Assembly: GCF_009914755.1 (NCBI RefSeq)
Contig: NC_060948.1
Length of the DNA stretch: 64,000 nt
From: the human T2T-CHM13v2.0 reference genome, Homo sapiens
Reading direction: 5' to 3' (one strand)
Below are positions 36,510 to 50,594 of this stretch, in pieces; the first letter of the stretch is position 1, and the number at the start of each line of letters is the position of its first letter. The notes below the pieces were generated by a model. That model did no database searches, was not told the origin of the DNA, and was given only the letters and a program-made list of their open reading frames with translations. The translations under genes were made by a program, and so were the position numbers.

Positions 36510-38260
36510 TTTTAAAAATTGTATGTTTGTTTAAAAAATGTCATATGAAATGATACATATTTACAACTTAAGGCGTGATGTTCAACAGGTCATATACATT
36601 ATGCATTGGATACATCCAGCCAATCAACATATGTGTGACCTCACATAGTTGTCATTTTTGTTGTGAAAAAACTTGACCTGCACTGTATTCGAATATTTTT
36701 AGAGAAAGAATATGTTACCACTAGTTATAGTGAGCATGCTGAAGAAAATATTTTTAACCTATTCCTCCTTTATAACTAGAAGTATGAGTTCTTCATCCAG
36801 CATCTCGTCAGTGCACCCTCTTCACCGCAGTCATTGGAGTCACTACTTCTGTGAAGTCCGCTTTTTTGATTTCATATAAGAATGAGATCATGTGCTACTT
36901 TCCTTTCTGATACCTGGCTTATGTCACTTAACAGAATGGCATGCACACATTCAGCAGATTCCCACACATTCTCACAACTGGCAGGATTTCCTGATTTCTT
37001 ATTGCAGCGCATATTTACGTTGCGCATATGCGTTTTTGCCCCATTTTTTAATCCACTTATCAATGGAGGGACTCTCAGGTTGCTTCCGCATTTTGGCTAC
37101 AGCAAAAATGTAATGAGTGCAGCAATAATTGCATGGGTGCGCGCACCGCTTCAACATACTGATCTGTGTACTGGCGGGCGTGCCCGGGTATTCTGATTTG
37201 CTGGATCATATAGTGGGTGGTTCTACTTGTAGATTTCTGAAGGCTGTTTATACTTAAATAAGAGCCATAAAGCTTCTTTAATGCCAGCACTAATTTACAT
37301 TCTCCCCAAAAGTGAACAGGGAATTCGTTTTCTCTGCCTCCTCACCAGAGATTAGGGTTTTCTTTTCTTTCTTTTTTTTTTTTTGTTTGTTTGTCTTTCG
37401 GATAATATGCATTCTGACTGAAGTGAGAAGAAATCTCATTGTGTTTTTGATTTGCATTTTCGTGATGGATTGGGGATAATGAGGAATTTTTAGTGTGTCT
37501 TCTGGGCAACTGTATGTCTCAGTTTCACAAATGAGTCTTCGCAGCCTTCGCCCATTTGTTTTCATGCTATTGAGTTGTTGGGAGTTCCTTATGTACTGTG
37601 ACTATTCCCCCATGAACAGATGTATGGTGATCCAATCATTGCTCCCATCCTGTAGGATGCCCCTTCTGTATGTTGAGTTTTCTATGGTGTGGTGAAGCAC
37701 TTTAGTTTGATATGATTCCATTCTCTATTTTTGATGGTGTTTACTGTGTTCTTGCAGTCACTTTGAGACCATCATTGCACACACGGACGCCATGGAGCTT
37801 CTTCCTTGTGATCTCTTCTGCTATTTTTATCGTTTCACATCTGACACTGGAGTTTGGTGATAAATAATCCACTTGTAAAATCCTTTGTGTGGCTATTCAG
37901 ATTTCCCCAACCTAGTTTATAGAAGATACTTGATTTTGCATTGGGCGTTCTTGCTTCTTTGGGAAAAGGCTGTGAGCTGCAAATGCAGTGACTTAGTTCT
38001 GGGCTCCTGTTGTTTTTCCTAAGCTCTAGTCTCTGCTTTTCTGCCAGTGCTATTGTATTTCGGTACAAAAAGTTTTGTAGTAGTATATCATGAAGTTAGG
38101 TAGTGGGGTGGCTCCAGCTTTGTGCTTTTTACTGGATTGCTCTGGGTTTTCAGGATCTTCTGCCATTTCATAGCAAATTTGGGATTCCCAGATTGTTTTT
38201 CTAAGAAGAATGTGTCATTGATATTTTTACAGGGGTTGTATAGAATCTGAGGATGACTCA
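36510..38260 (-). mobile_element. LINE-1 fragment, unit 2
   Basis: Copy of 16200-17950. Confidence 0.83.
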
Positions 38261-38968
38261 GGTAGTAGTGATGTCAATGCCGTTTAGACAATGTGCGTGT
38301 TTGTGTGCACAAGCTCAGGGCCAAGAGACACTGGGTGTCCTCACCAATACTGAGGTGGGCCTTAATATCCAGCCAGATTGCCTTCTGGAAACACACGGAA
38401 TGTCCTGTTCTGTTTTGCCATCTCTTCACATTTCCTCCCCTGTGAGCCCTGTGTGGTCCTCCAGATTCCCTGTGCGGTGGCCTGCCTTTTTTGGGGTGGG
38501 GAGTTGCTGGGTGAATGAGGATGGCGGAGGGAACCAAGCATGTCAGTGGAGCGTGGTGTCATCCAAACGGTACTTAGCAGGCCTGGGAGAGTCATTCTGG
38601 GAGGACGCAGACCTAGAGAGGCCTCAGGTGGGCATCTGTGTGGAGGGTGAGAGATCCCTGGTTGAGCCCAAACTGAACCCCAGGTAGAAGCAAGCCTCAG
38701 GACAGGGAAGTAGCTAGCAAGGGATGATGAGGGAGCTATCTCTTGACCCTGGCTTCCCACCCATTGACCTTAGCTACTTGTGCCTATTAAGCAGATTACG
38801 GTTCCCCCATCGTGAAATGTGGGTACCACAGTTCCCTGATGGGCATTTCTCCACCAGCCCATGATGGCCTGAGTTTCCTTACTGCAGTCTCCTCCCTGAG
38901 CCTTGGCTTCTCTATGTGTGTCCTAACTCCAGGACCCACAGGCCTGTCAACCCCCAGCCCTGGGCTGC

Positions 38969-39749
38969 TTCCCTGGCCTCTTCTCTGTTCCCTCTCTGAG
39001 GGCCTAACTCCCTTGGGTAGTGCTGCAGAATATAGAGCCACAGGCCCTGGCTGATGATCTGGTGGACTGGGCAAATTGGTCGTGACAGGTCAGGTTCTGG
39101 TTCAAAGCCAATTCCTCCGATGCCAAGGAATGTCGAAGAAGGTCCTTTGCCATGATGCCCCATAGCTGCCCCACCTCAGCAATCGTGCCGTAACCTGGGC
39201 CCTCACAGTCAGATAACCAGCTGAAGAAGCTCAGGCAGTGACCTGCGGGAAACTCGGGCTTTCACCTGCATGACCCTAGAACCACTGGACTGCAGTGGAG
39301 CCAGTCGCCCTGTATCCTGGAGGGAGACGAGTCAGGAAGGCGCACGCCAGGCCCAGCTCCCGAGGTACTACCCCCTCTACTCCTCAGGGAGGATGCCAAC
39401 GCAATACTCCTTAGTCATCACTTTGTTTCCGAAGTAAATGTTGTGATGAAAGGCAAACTTCTTCCTACCCCTTGTATTCAGGGTGGCCGAGTTCCTCCAC
39501 CTGCCTGTCCAAGAAGGAGAAACAGGGCTGTGAAGGGGCAATTTCATCTAGGTGGGCTGAGGTGGCATTCTAGCCGGGGTGAAGCATGCGTTTCCCCTTC
39601 CCAGCTTTCCCGCTGAGACACACCTGAGCCCCAGAAGGACCTCAACCTGACCAGGACCTTAGCACCCTCCCCCAGACCCAGGCTTTCCATCCTGACCTGC
39701 AAATCCAACATGCAGCTTTGAAGGACTTTCTCATGGTTTCTGAGCTCCT
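38969..39749 (-). pseudogene. Partial TSPY-family paralogue B, unit 2
   Basis: Copy of 18660-19440 at offset +20309. Confidence 0.84.
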
Positions 39750-41790
39750 TGCTCTCACCAGAAAGAATCAGAACTTTTAAAGTGTTCTTTATGCCAACTT
39801 AAATTTTTCATTTTTACTACCTCATGTTTTGGATGAGGCATGTATTTTTAAATTTATTTTCACCCTTATTGTACCTCTATGATAAACTGCTTGCTTACAT
39901 TCATACCGTAATTATCTCTCAGGTTACTTGTCTGTTCCTAAAGATTCACTGAAATGAAGAATTCTATATATGCTTGTATCTTTCAGCAACCGTATGTCAG
40001 ATAGCACTGCACATTACTGCAGACATCGCATATACAGGTCCAAAGGTAGAGGAAGAAGAAGAAAGCAAGCGTTAAGCTCTATACATTCCTAAAAGCATAT
40101 CAGAAACTCACAAATAACAGTGAAATCAAAGAATGATCACAGCCAATTCCATTACATACCTAGACTGAAATACGAAACTTCAAAGAAAAGAAACATTAGA
40201 ACTTTGGGTTTGTAAAAATTTTCCTATATAGATAAAATTATTGGTAACTGTGTCTCACTAGAAAACGTAAACAAAAGTCCATGTTTTTCATATTTGTAAA
40301 TATACATAGTTTTATTTCCATCAGTTATGACATGCAAGCAAGTAATAAAGTGAAAGTACAATCAAATGATATATGGAACTTCCTCAGTCTTAAAATATTC
40401 CATGGAGACTATCAATTTTATGAAAACTATAAAGAATGCTTCATGAAACTACATTGTACAGTGCCATTTACTATTTTACTGATATTTTAAATAATCAACA
40501 ATTAAAGGGACTACATCAACATTATTTAATACCAATAACGTTATTTTTCTTGAGTAATCCTGTTGAAATTAAGGATTTTAAATAAAACATTAAAAACAAA
40601 TTATATTGACTGATTTCAGCTTTGGATGAAATCATACTTGTGTATTTGTAGTAATGCGAAGCATAACTTTCTCCTCACAATTAATCTTTTATAACATCGG
40701 TGTTATAGTTTTCTCTGACACCAACATTGTGATATCGCACAGGTTTACTGCATGCATGCATTACATGCCTCCAGAGAGTAGGCTTCAAATATATGGAAAA
40801 ATTATATTTATGAAAAAATTCTAGGAAAGGGTATGGTGAAATGGAAGAGAATTTCTCACTTGCTAACTGTTGGACATGGATTTGTATATATTTGGATATA
40901 GACACATACTGGCACACTGTGAGTTTGCCCATGTATATATACACTTAAATGAGAAACCCATAATATATGGGTTGTGTAATCTTTTAATTAATCCATAATT
41001 GTATGTGTGTGAAATTAGATAAGCGGTTACCTTTTCTTTACTCAATTTGATGGAAAGCCAAAAAACTCTGTCCACCTTCATTTCAATTAATCCAATACTG
41101 TTAACTGCTGGTAGCTTCATTCTCCTTGTTCTCTTACGGCAACCGGAAAGTTAATTCTCGCTCTAATTTGGCTTTCAAGGTGCGATCAACAAGAGTGTCA
41201 CCTTGCTGTGGATTGTGACCTCTGACTCCACCTCTGTCTTCCTTTTGCAGTCCTACCTTTGCATAGGTAACAAACTTTGTACATGGTTAAAAGGATAAAA
41301 GTTCAGTGAAATGTCAAGCCATGCTGTGAAATGTTCCATAGTTTCTATATCTCTAATTGTCCTTTGATGTTATAGAGGCAAGAAAAATAATTCAATGTTT
41401 TTCTTAGTATCTAGTCCAATGCACTCTTTCTTCATAATACTGCAAACAAGGCACTGACATGGAAACGTGGCTGGACGTCTCAAAATCTCTTCTCATTAAT
41501 TACCATTATGTTAATCACTGTTGCCCACAACTGGAATTGGACTTTGAAATCCCCTGGTGGAAATTGCTATAATGGCTCAAACTACTGGAAAGACTATCTT
41601 TTTTTACCTGAAAATATCTGATGAGCATAGACGTATGCTATATACAGGAAGATATTGTACATTAACAACATACCATCACTGCCACTCAATAATAGGTATC
41701 CCAAACCTTTGAGCCAAACTGAGCTCGGGTGCTCCCACAAACCAAGCTTTTCCCTCCACAGATTTCTTATGTCAAAAAGCCACAACTCCA

Positions 41791-42445
41791 GGCCAGGCTT
41801 CGTGGCTCTTGTTGTAATTTCTACATTTTGGGAGGCCGAGGTTGGTGGGTCACTTGAGGTCAGGAGTTGGAGACCAGCATGGGCAACATGGCAAAAAGCT
41901 GTCTCTACCAAAAATACAAAAATTAGCCAGACCTAGTGGCACTTTCCTGTGGTCCCAGCTACTTGGGAGGCTGAGGTAGGAGAACCACCTGAACATGGGT
42001 GGCAGAGATTGTATAGTAAGCCAAGATCAGACTACTGCACTCCAGCCTGGATGACACAGCGAGACCATGAAAAAAAAAATAAAGGCAACTCCACTCGTCC
42101 ACTGGCTTAGGTAAAAAATACTGGAGTTGGCTGGGCTCGGTGGCTCACACCTGTATTCCCAGCACTTTGGATTTTGGGAAGCTGAGTCGGGCGGGTCACC
42201 TGAGATCTGTAGTAGGAGAGCAGCCTGGCCAACATGGTGAAGCCTGGCTTCTACTAAAAATACAAAACATTAGCTGAGCGTGGTGATGCATGCTTGTAAT
42301 CCCAGCTACTGCAGAGGCTGAACCTGGGAGGCGGAGGATGTGTTGAGCTGAGATCCTGCCACTGCGCTCCAGCCTGGTCTACAGAGCGAGAGTACCCTGT
42401 GAGAAACAAAGGTGAAGAGAACAAGAAAAAAAAATGAGAAAAATA
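41791..42445 (+). mobile_element. Tandem Alu pair, unit 3
   Basis: Copy of 1195-1865. Confidence 0.9.
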
Positions 42446-42540
42446 AGACCCACTGCAAAAGGTTGCCACAGAAAAGATTAAACATTTCAGCAACTTCTAT
42501 CTTCTATCATGGAAGCCAAGGTTATTTGGACCAAACCTCC

Positions 42541-42893
42541 TGTCTTAGTTCATTTTCACGCTGCTGAAGAAGAGATACCTGAAACTGGGAATAAAAGGAG
42601 GTTTAATTGGACTGACAGTTCCACATGGCTGTGGAGGCCTCAGAATCATGGTATACGAATAAAGGCACTTCTTACATGGCAATGCCAAGAGAGAATGAGG
42701 AAGAACCTGAGGCAGAAACCCCTGAAAAACCCATCAGATCCCGTGAGACTTCTTCACTGTCACAAGAATAGCATGAGAAAGACCGACCCCCATGATTCAA
42801 TTACCTCCCCCTGGGTCCCACCCGCAACACGAGGGAATTCTGGGAGATACAATTGAAGCTGAGATTTGAATGGAGACACACCAAACCATGTCA
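42541..42893 (-). mobile_element. THE1-family solo LTR, unit 3
   Basis: Copy of 1959-2311. Confidence 0.87.
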
Positions 42894-45800
42894 CTTCCCA
42901 AACAATTAAAAATTCCCAATAGAAGAAGCATTAATTATATCAAAAAGTGGTGGACCAAGAAGGAACTATTAGCCTCATATCTCAAGAAAGACTCCAGTCA
43001 AGGCCTAGGGACTACTCATGAAAAGAGTTTAATAGCCGACTCTCTCCCAGTGGATCTGGATTCCACCGGACTGTATCTTCACAGTAAGGGTGAAACAGAA
43101 GCAAACCCATTCCTATTTCCAAGCTCAAGGAACTTTGGTCAAAGTTCTCTTGGAGCTGAGCAGAACAAGGAGGCAAACAGAAAAGATTTGTGTCCCTGAG
43201 AAGTCATGGCCACAGGCTGGCTATCACACAGATTGTCAAGCCAGTTCCATATTGCATGGGTATTACAGAAAATCTCAAAACATAAATTTGTGTGTGGGTT
43301 GTCCCAGAGTAGCAGGATCTGGCAGAAGGAAATTTCCTTCTAACCCTCAAAGAATCCACATAAATCTTGTTACATTTGGGATTTTACGATTTGCTTCAGG
43401 AATGAGAATGGCCTTAATTTTCATATCTTTTTCTACACTCAGTTTATGGCTTGTTGGCGTCAAAGTTCTGCTTGCTTCACACAATGAGTTTAGGATTTTC
43501 CCTTTTTTATTCTATAGAATTCTTCATATATATTGAAATGCTCTGCCTGGGGAAAAAAATCTGAGCCTAGCGTTTTATCTCTAGGAAGAATCCTTTATTT
43601 CCTTGAACATTTATGAGACTATACAGATTATATATGTCTTCTTGTATCAATTTTACTAAGCTATATACATAGCTTATGTTTATATATTATATATATAAAT
43701 GTAAGATACAAATATAAAAATTATGTATAAATATGAAAATATATATAGAAAGCGATATATATGTCTATATATATAGACAGATTATAAATATCTGTCTATT
43801 TGATCTAAGTTTTCAAATTTGTAGGTTAAGGTGTTAATGATATTTCCTTATTAGCTTCTTAATCTATGCTGTATCTATGGTTGTGTACCTTTTAAATTCT
43901 TAGTTTTATCTATGTTTTCTCCCTTTTTTTCTAAACTTGACTGACGGTTGCATCATTTATTATATTTCTCCAACAAGCAAAGGTTAGCTTTGTATGTTTT
44001 ACTAATTTTGTCTACATCATTATTCCCACACTTTAGTTTTTCAGAATTGATTCTGTTGTTTCTTTTCTAATTCTTTATTGAAATATCTAGTACATTAATT
44101 TTCAAGTTATTAGAGAAATATTTGTCTGTAAACTCCTATTGTAATATCACTTTTCTTGCTACTCACAGATTTAATCTTTAATATTGGCGGTATCATTGAG
44201 TTCTAAGTACATTTCAATTCCTAGTATGATAATCTATGAATTGCTGAGAAATAGTGTTTACAATTTTGTTGTTCTATTTCCACTTAAGTTTATTTTTACT
44301 TCTGCTAACTCAATTGAAAATTCTTTACTAATTTTTAAAATCCTTGAACCCAAGAGATGGAGGTTGCAGTGAGCTGAGATCAGGCCACTGCATTCCAGAC
44401 TGAGTGACAGAGTGGAACGAGATTTCAAAACAAAACAAAACAAAACAAAACAAAACAGTCACTGGAAAGATAATAAAATACATAAATGTGGGATGTAATA
44501 TGTAATCGTGATAAAATAAACTGGATTTTTTGTATAAGTTATACATATAAATGTAATGCCAAGACACTGATAAGACAACTCATGGTCTTATCTCAATACT
44601 TAGTGTCTTCATGTAACATATGTCCTTTAGGATAGTTATAGTCCGTTTTCTTTCCAGGAGAGACAGATGAGAATGCAGAAATGTTAAAGTGCAAGGGACG
44701 GAAGCTTCCAGCTGTGCCCACCTGTAACCTGACGTAGACAGTTCCACCGTTTGCTTCATTAATCATGCCAAAGGCTCTAATGCAAATGTGGTACAGAGTC
44801 ACATGTTTTTGTATCTACATGATAGAAACTATAACTTCATCCCTATATAGAAGGGTATATAGCATATGCCTCAGTGATAAATATAAGTGAATCATTGATC
44901 AGTAGGAAACCATTTTAAAAGTCTTTCATAACAGAACAAAATCCCTGAAAACATTTTCTTCTCAATCTCTGAGTTTTCTTACACGGCTTATGAATCTCTA
45001 GCCATACTAAAGAGATAGTATGCTGCTCTTCCCACAAATTATTCATTGTATATAATTCCTGTAATCTAATAACAGTACCTTTACACCTCAGGGTTTAAAA
45101 TGACTCCAACCTTTTTCTGTTTCTCCAATTAAAATAACTTTTTTAAGGTTTAATCTTCAGTAATTTTTTGTAGTAATATTTTTGAAGGTATTTGACCAGG
45201 ATGATTTGCTTATATACCTACCTGACGTCTCCCTTTCTTCTGAATACATATTTTATTACCCACCTATTAGATCTAAGTTTAAGAAGTTGGAATAGGGATT
45301 TAAATCTAAATTCTACATTTGAATTTACAGGAGTCAGCGAGTCCGGGAAGTGCCTTTATGCACAGACCAATATCTGGCAATGGCACTAGGAGACAAATAA
45401 GCTTTACCAGTCTCAAAGCCCTGGCTACTACAGTGAATCCACCCTTCTCCTGGATCTTATCTACTTCAGCAAAAGAAGGCCACCCACTAAACCAGGCCCT
45501 TGTACTTTGGGTGGAAACTCCTAAGTCCTCTAGTCTCCTCAAACAGACAGCCAGGCTGCCAATTTCCACAATAATAATTTCTATAGCACTGAGTCTTTGG
45601 TAGCCTTGTAACTATAGCTACTGATGCTACAGTCTGGTCCCTGTATGATAAAACACCAGAGCAACAGAAACAAAAATATTGACTGAAGCCTTCTAAAATC
45701 TCTCTAAATATACCTTCAATAAATATGGTTTTTTTTACAGAACGACTGCTTTCAGCTTCCTGAACTAACGCTTGGCCTTCGCTAGTTGTCACTGTTGAAA

Positions 45801-46115
45801 TTGATTCAAAAGTGTACATTTAACATGAAAGTCAACACAGAATTTCATGTGTCAGCAACTAAAATTTTCAAAATGTTGCAAAATACAAATGTGAAACTGT
45901 ATTTGTGAAATTTACCATTCATTGAAATTATATTTTCATACCTACCCAGGCACAGAATTTTTTATAACTGTCTGCATGTTCTCCTCATGTGGGGGAAAAG
46001 CAGCATCAGCAGGCAGAGGAATCCTTTGAAGCTGGAGGGAGAGGTTGCAGTGATCTGAGAGTTTGCCACTTGACTGCAGCCTGGATGACACAGTGAGACT
46101 CCAACTGAAAAGAAA

Positions 46116-46154
<39 letters not shown>

Positions 46155-46219
46155 CCAAAATTGATAAGTAAAAAAAAAATCCATATTCGAAAACATGCTC
46201 ACAGGCTAACTCCCATATC

Positions 46220-46264
<45 letters not shown>

Positions 46265-47394
46265 TCCTTGAAAACGAAAGTTCCACAAGGGCAAAACAAG
46301 AAAACAAATTTAACACCCCCCAAAGAAAGTACAAAGAGTAACCTCAAAAGAACCGCAGGGGAAAACAATTCAAAATTTACAAGTATCTACCCTAAAAGAA
46401 GCTGAAAGTCCCTCAAAAACTTTCCAGAGGCCATGTCCTTGTATTACAAAAATGATCATAAAAACTGGCAGGAGTAGACGAATAGAAATGCATCTTAAAA
46501 CTTGCTAAACCCTTCAAGTCTCCCATAAGAATTGTAATGGAAAATGGATCGGTCGGCAGCTTTTTCCATACAATTATGAACAAATTATATTTCTTCATAC
46601 ATAGATTTGTTTTTTCAATATTCTAAGGAATTAACTTTTATATTAATAGTAGGTGATGTAAGAAAGCAGGCCTTTATCAAGATAACTGACACTGGATGTC
46701 CATACCATTACTCAGGTGGGCCTTAATTCCCAGCCGGGTTCCCTCCCTGGACACACACTGAAGGTCCCCAGCCATTTGGCAATCTCTTCACATTCCCAGC
46801 CCTGGAGGTAGCCCTAAAATACATGTACCTGAAGAAAATAAAACATTGCCTCACACTGGAGCCCAGTGTGGTCCTCCAGATTCCGTGTGAGGTGGACTAA
46901 CTTATATGGGAAGGCAGGGCAGCGGGAGTGAGGATGGCAGAGAGGATTACACATGTCAAGGCAGCCGGGGTCATGGAAACAAAACATGACTGGCCTGGGA
47001 GAAACACTGTGAAAGGACACAGACCTAGGTGGGCCTCAGGTGGACATCCTCATGGAGAAAAAGGGGGCCCTGGTTGATCTCAAAATGAGCCCCAGGTGGT
47101 AGCAGGTCTTACCGCAGGGCAGGGAGCTGGCGAGTAATGATGAGACAGCTATCCCTTAAGCCCTGCTTGTCACCCACTGACTTTAGCCACATATGCATCA
47201 TAGTGGCTTAAGGTGCCCCGATCCTGAAATGTGGGTGTTACATGTCCCTGATGGGCCTCTCTCCCCCAACCCACGGATTGCCTGGGATTGCTCACTGCAG
47301 TCTCCTCCCGGATCCTTGGGTTCTCCATGTGGGGCCCAGATCCAGGTCAAAAGGCCTCTCAGTTCCCAGCCCTTCCCAGCCCTAGGCTGCTCGC

Positions 47395-49568
47395 CTGGCC
47401 TCCTCTCTGTTCCGCCTCTAGGGCTGACCCTCTCTCCATGGGATAGAACTGCAATGGATTGAGCCATAGGCCCTGGCTGATGATCTAGGGGACTGCAGAA
47501 GTGGGTCCAGGACAGTTCAGGTGACAGTTCAAAGCCAATTCCCCAGAGACCAAGGAATGACCAGCTAGGTCCTTTCCCATGATGCCCCACGGCGAACCCC
47601 ACCTCAGCAATCCTGCCAAAACCCGGGCAGTCATGTTCAGCCAAACAGCTGAATGAGCTCAGGTAGGAGGTGTACTGCCTGCAGCTGGAGGCTTGACCTT
47701 CGTGATCCCAGAACCGCTGGACTGCAGTGGAATGAGACACCCTGTAGCCTGCAGGGAGAGGAGTCAGGAAGGTTCATGCCAGTCCCACCCTCCCACACAC
47801 CAGCTCCCCTACCATGCTGGGAGGCATTCCTTACCGAGGATGCCAACACAGTGCTCCTTCATGATGATTTCACTGTGGAAATAAAGGTTGGGATGAAAGG
47901 AAATCATCCTGCCACCGGTAACCGGGATGGCTGAGTTCCTCCACCTGCCGGATCAAGGAGAAAGAGGATGGATTCAATGGGACCATCTCAACTAGCCGGG
48001 CTGAGGTGGCCTACTAGCTGTAGTGAACCATGAGTTTCCCCTTCCCAGCTCTCCCACTGAGACAACCCTGGTCCCCAGGGGGACCTCAAACTGACTCAGA
48101 CACTGGACTCCTCCCACAGACCCAGGCTCCCCAGCCTGACCTGCAAATCCATCACGTAGCAAAGCAGGACTTCCGCATGCTTTCCGACCCACGCCGACAT
48201 CTCGTGTGCCAAACAATCTACCTCTGCGCAAGAACTCTCCAGAGGATTGGGTGGGCAAGCCTCGTGACGCCTTGCAATTTCGCAAGAACACAGACAATGT
48301 GGAACAGGGCCATCTCCCAGACATTTGGCCAGTCACCCTTCATTGTTGGCCCTCTATCTCTGTCTGGCGAGGAGGCAACGCCACAACTGTGGTGGTTTTT
48401 GGAGTGGGTGGACCCCGGCCAAGACGGCCTGGGCTGACCAGAGACGGGAGGCAGAAAAAGTGGGCAGGTGGTTGCAGCTGAGGGACGGGAGGGACCGGGG
48501 GTGGTGTGAGGCGGCTGCTTCTCTGAGTTTCTGAGATGCAGGAGGCCTTTGTGTGCTGGGTGCTGGACATGCTCCGCTGATGTCCGGGTGTGTGGTGTCC
48601 TCTTATCCTAGTCTCCCTGAGGGGTGGGCCTGTCCACCTGAGGGAAGCCTTGTAGTTAGAAGCCACAGCAGGGTCGTGCCTGGCGCTCTCCAAGGGAATT
48701 GCGTGGGTCCAGAGGAAGTTATACAGGCTCAGGGCCTACACGCCTTTGAGTGCAGCGCCTGCAGTTGGATGAATGCGCATCTGCGGAGCTGGTGCCCGCC
48801 GTCAGGTGGTCGGCAGCCCCATGCGCCGCGAACCCGTCTTAAGCACCTTGTGTTTCTGGGGTGAGCCTGCTGGAAACAGGCACCGAGAGCAGGGGTGGTT
48901 CAATGGCTGGTAATGGCATACAGATTCCCCGTCCTCCAGGGACGTTCCCAGGGAAACGCGTCCTTCGAATTTGGGCTGTGCGCAAAGGGACCTTGGCGCC
49001 GCGATTCTCCCTTGTCAGTGCTGGCCCTGGCTCCCCTTCCCTACCACGTGCTCCCAGGGCTGCTACAAGCGAGCTGCCCTCACAGCTGCGGGAACGTGGC
49101 CTCGGCTCCCACGCTGTCCCCCATCCCCTGCCTCCTGGCTGACCCCACGTGCCTCCCACCTGGCTCCTCCCCCCAAACAGCCCCCATACCCCCCGAGGCC
49201 CGATGACTATCCCCTGCTGCCCGCCATCCCAAATCGGCAGCCGCAAGGATATGGCTCTGGCTCACAAGGCGGAGATGCTCTGTGGCCTGGGGCATTCACG
49301 GAGCCCAGCTCCAAGTGAAGGACCTCCAGTGAGTCCATTGACGGCCCCGGTGTGCTCGGTCCAGGGCCAGGCTGTGCCCGCTGGCCCTCCTTCTGCCACC
49401 CCACGTCGGGCTCCACCTCAACCACCACCTCCACCTCAGCCATGATGTCTTCCACCTTCAGCACCGCCTCCTCTTCCAAGGCCGCCTCCTTGCTCTGTAC
49501 CCCGGCCGTCCTCTCCAGCATTGCCTCCAGCCTGAACACGGTTTTCTCCTGGGTGCTCCCACAGACCC
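47395..49568 (-). pseudogene. TSPY-family paralogue A, unit 3
   Basis: Copy of 6817-8990 at offset +40578. Confidence 0.87.
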
Positions 49569-50594
49569 TGGGCCTGCGCAGCCCAGCCCAGCCCAGCCCA
49601 TGCCCCGCACCCGTAGGCTCTGGGGGCCCGCTCCCCAGCAGACCCGCTCCCTGCAAGACCCACGGGCGTCGCCCTGCTGTGAACCTGGTCCCACACCTAC
49701 GTGGACCCAGGTTTCCTGAGGAGCTCCGCTGGACCCGCAGATCCCGCACTGGCCAAAGGGCTCCGGTCCCCAGCAGGCTCAACTGCGCACAGGAGCTCGG
49801 GAGCCAGAGGCCCCGGCCCTGGGCTTGCAGAGCCCCACCAACAGGCACCGCAACCGCTGCTGCGGGTGCGGGAGCCTCTGGGTCGTCAAGGCAGCGCACA
49901 ACAGCGTGTGTGCAGGCCGACAATGGCCAACCCTGGCGGCTGGCCTCTGGTGTGCCCAGGGCATAGGACAAGAGGCCCTTTGGAATGCTCCTTGGAGTAC
50001 AGCATCCTCAGGGAGGAAGCATGGTACTCGGAGCCTCTATTTGCCTCGACCTGTGAGAGTGTGTGCCGGGGCTCTGGCCTCTACAGCAGATCAATTCCAC
50101 CTCAGCACCGGCAGGCGACTTTCCTCCCACGTGCCCGCCCCGATCACTTCCCCCAGGACACCCCTGCCGCCCTAGCCCCAGCAACCAGAGAGAGTTCTCT
50201 GCATCTGCTGTATTACCTCCGTACCATCTACCTGGCCTGCCTAACGAAGAGAGATGTTTCCTGTGTTCATGACACATAGAGATGTTCATGGCTTGCCACA
50301 CTGAGGATGTCAGGGCACAGGGCTGCCATGCCCACAGTTCCAAAGGCCACGCAGCCCGCGTGTGCCCGGATGCCTAGCTACCCGGCACAAGCTCCAAGGG
50401 CTTCTCGGAGGAGGCTTGGGCAGGGAAGGCGGGGGGTGGGGGGGCTGGAGATGCAGGCCCGCCAGTGGCTGTGCCGCCCAGGGAGACGCCCACCGCCCTC
50501 CCATTGACTGGCCACGACGGGAGGAAGTCGGCCTGGGTGCGGCCCCCCGGCCCTTCGCGCGCAGTCCCTTAGGGGGCGCCTGGAAGCCCGGCGC

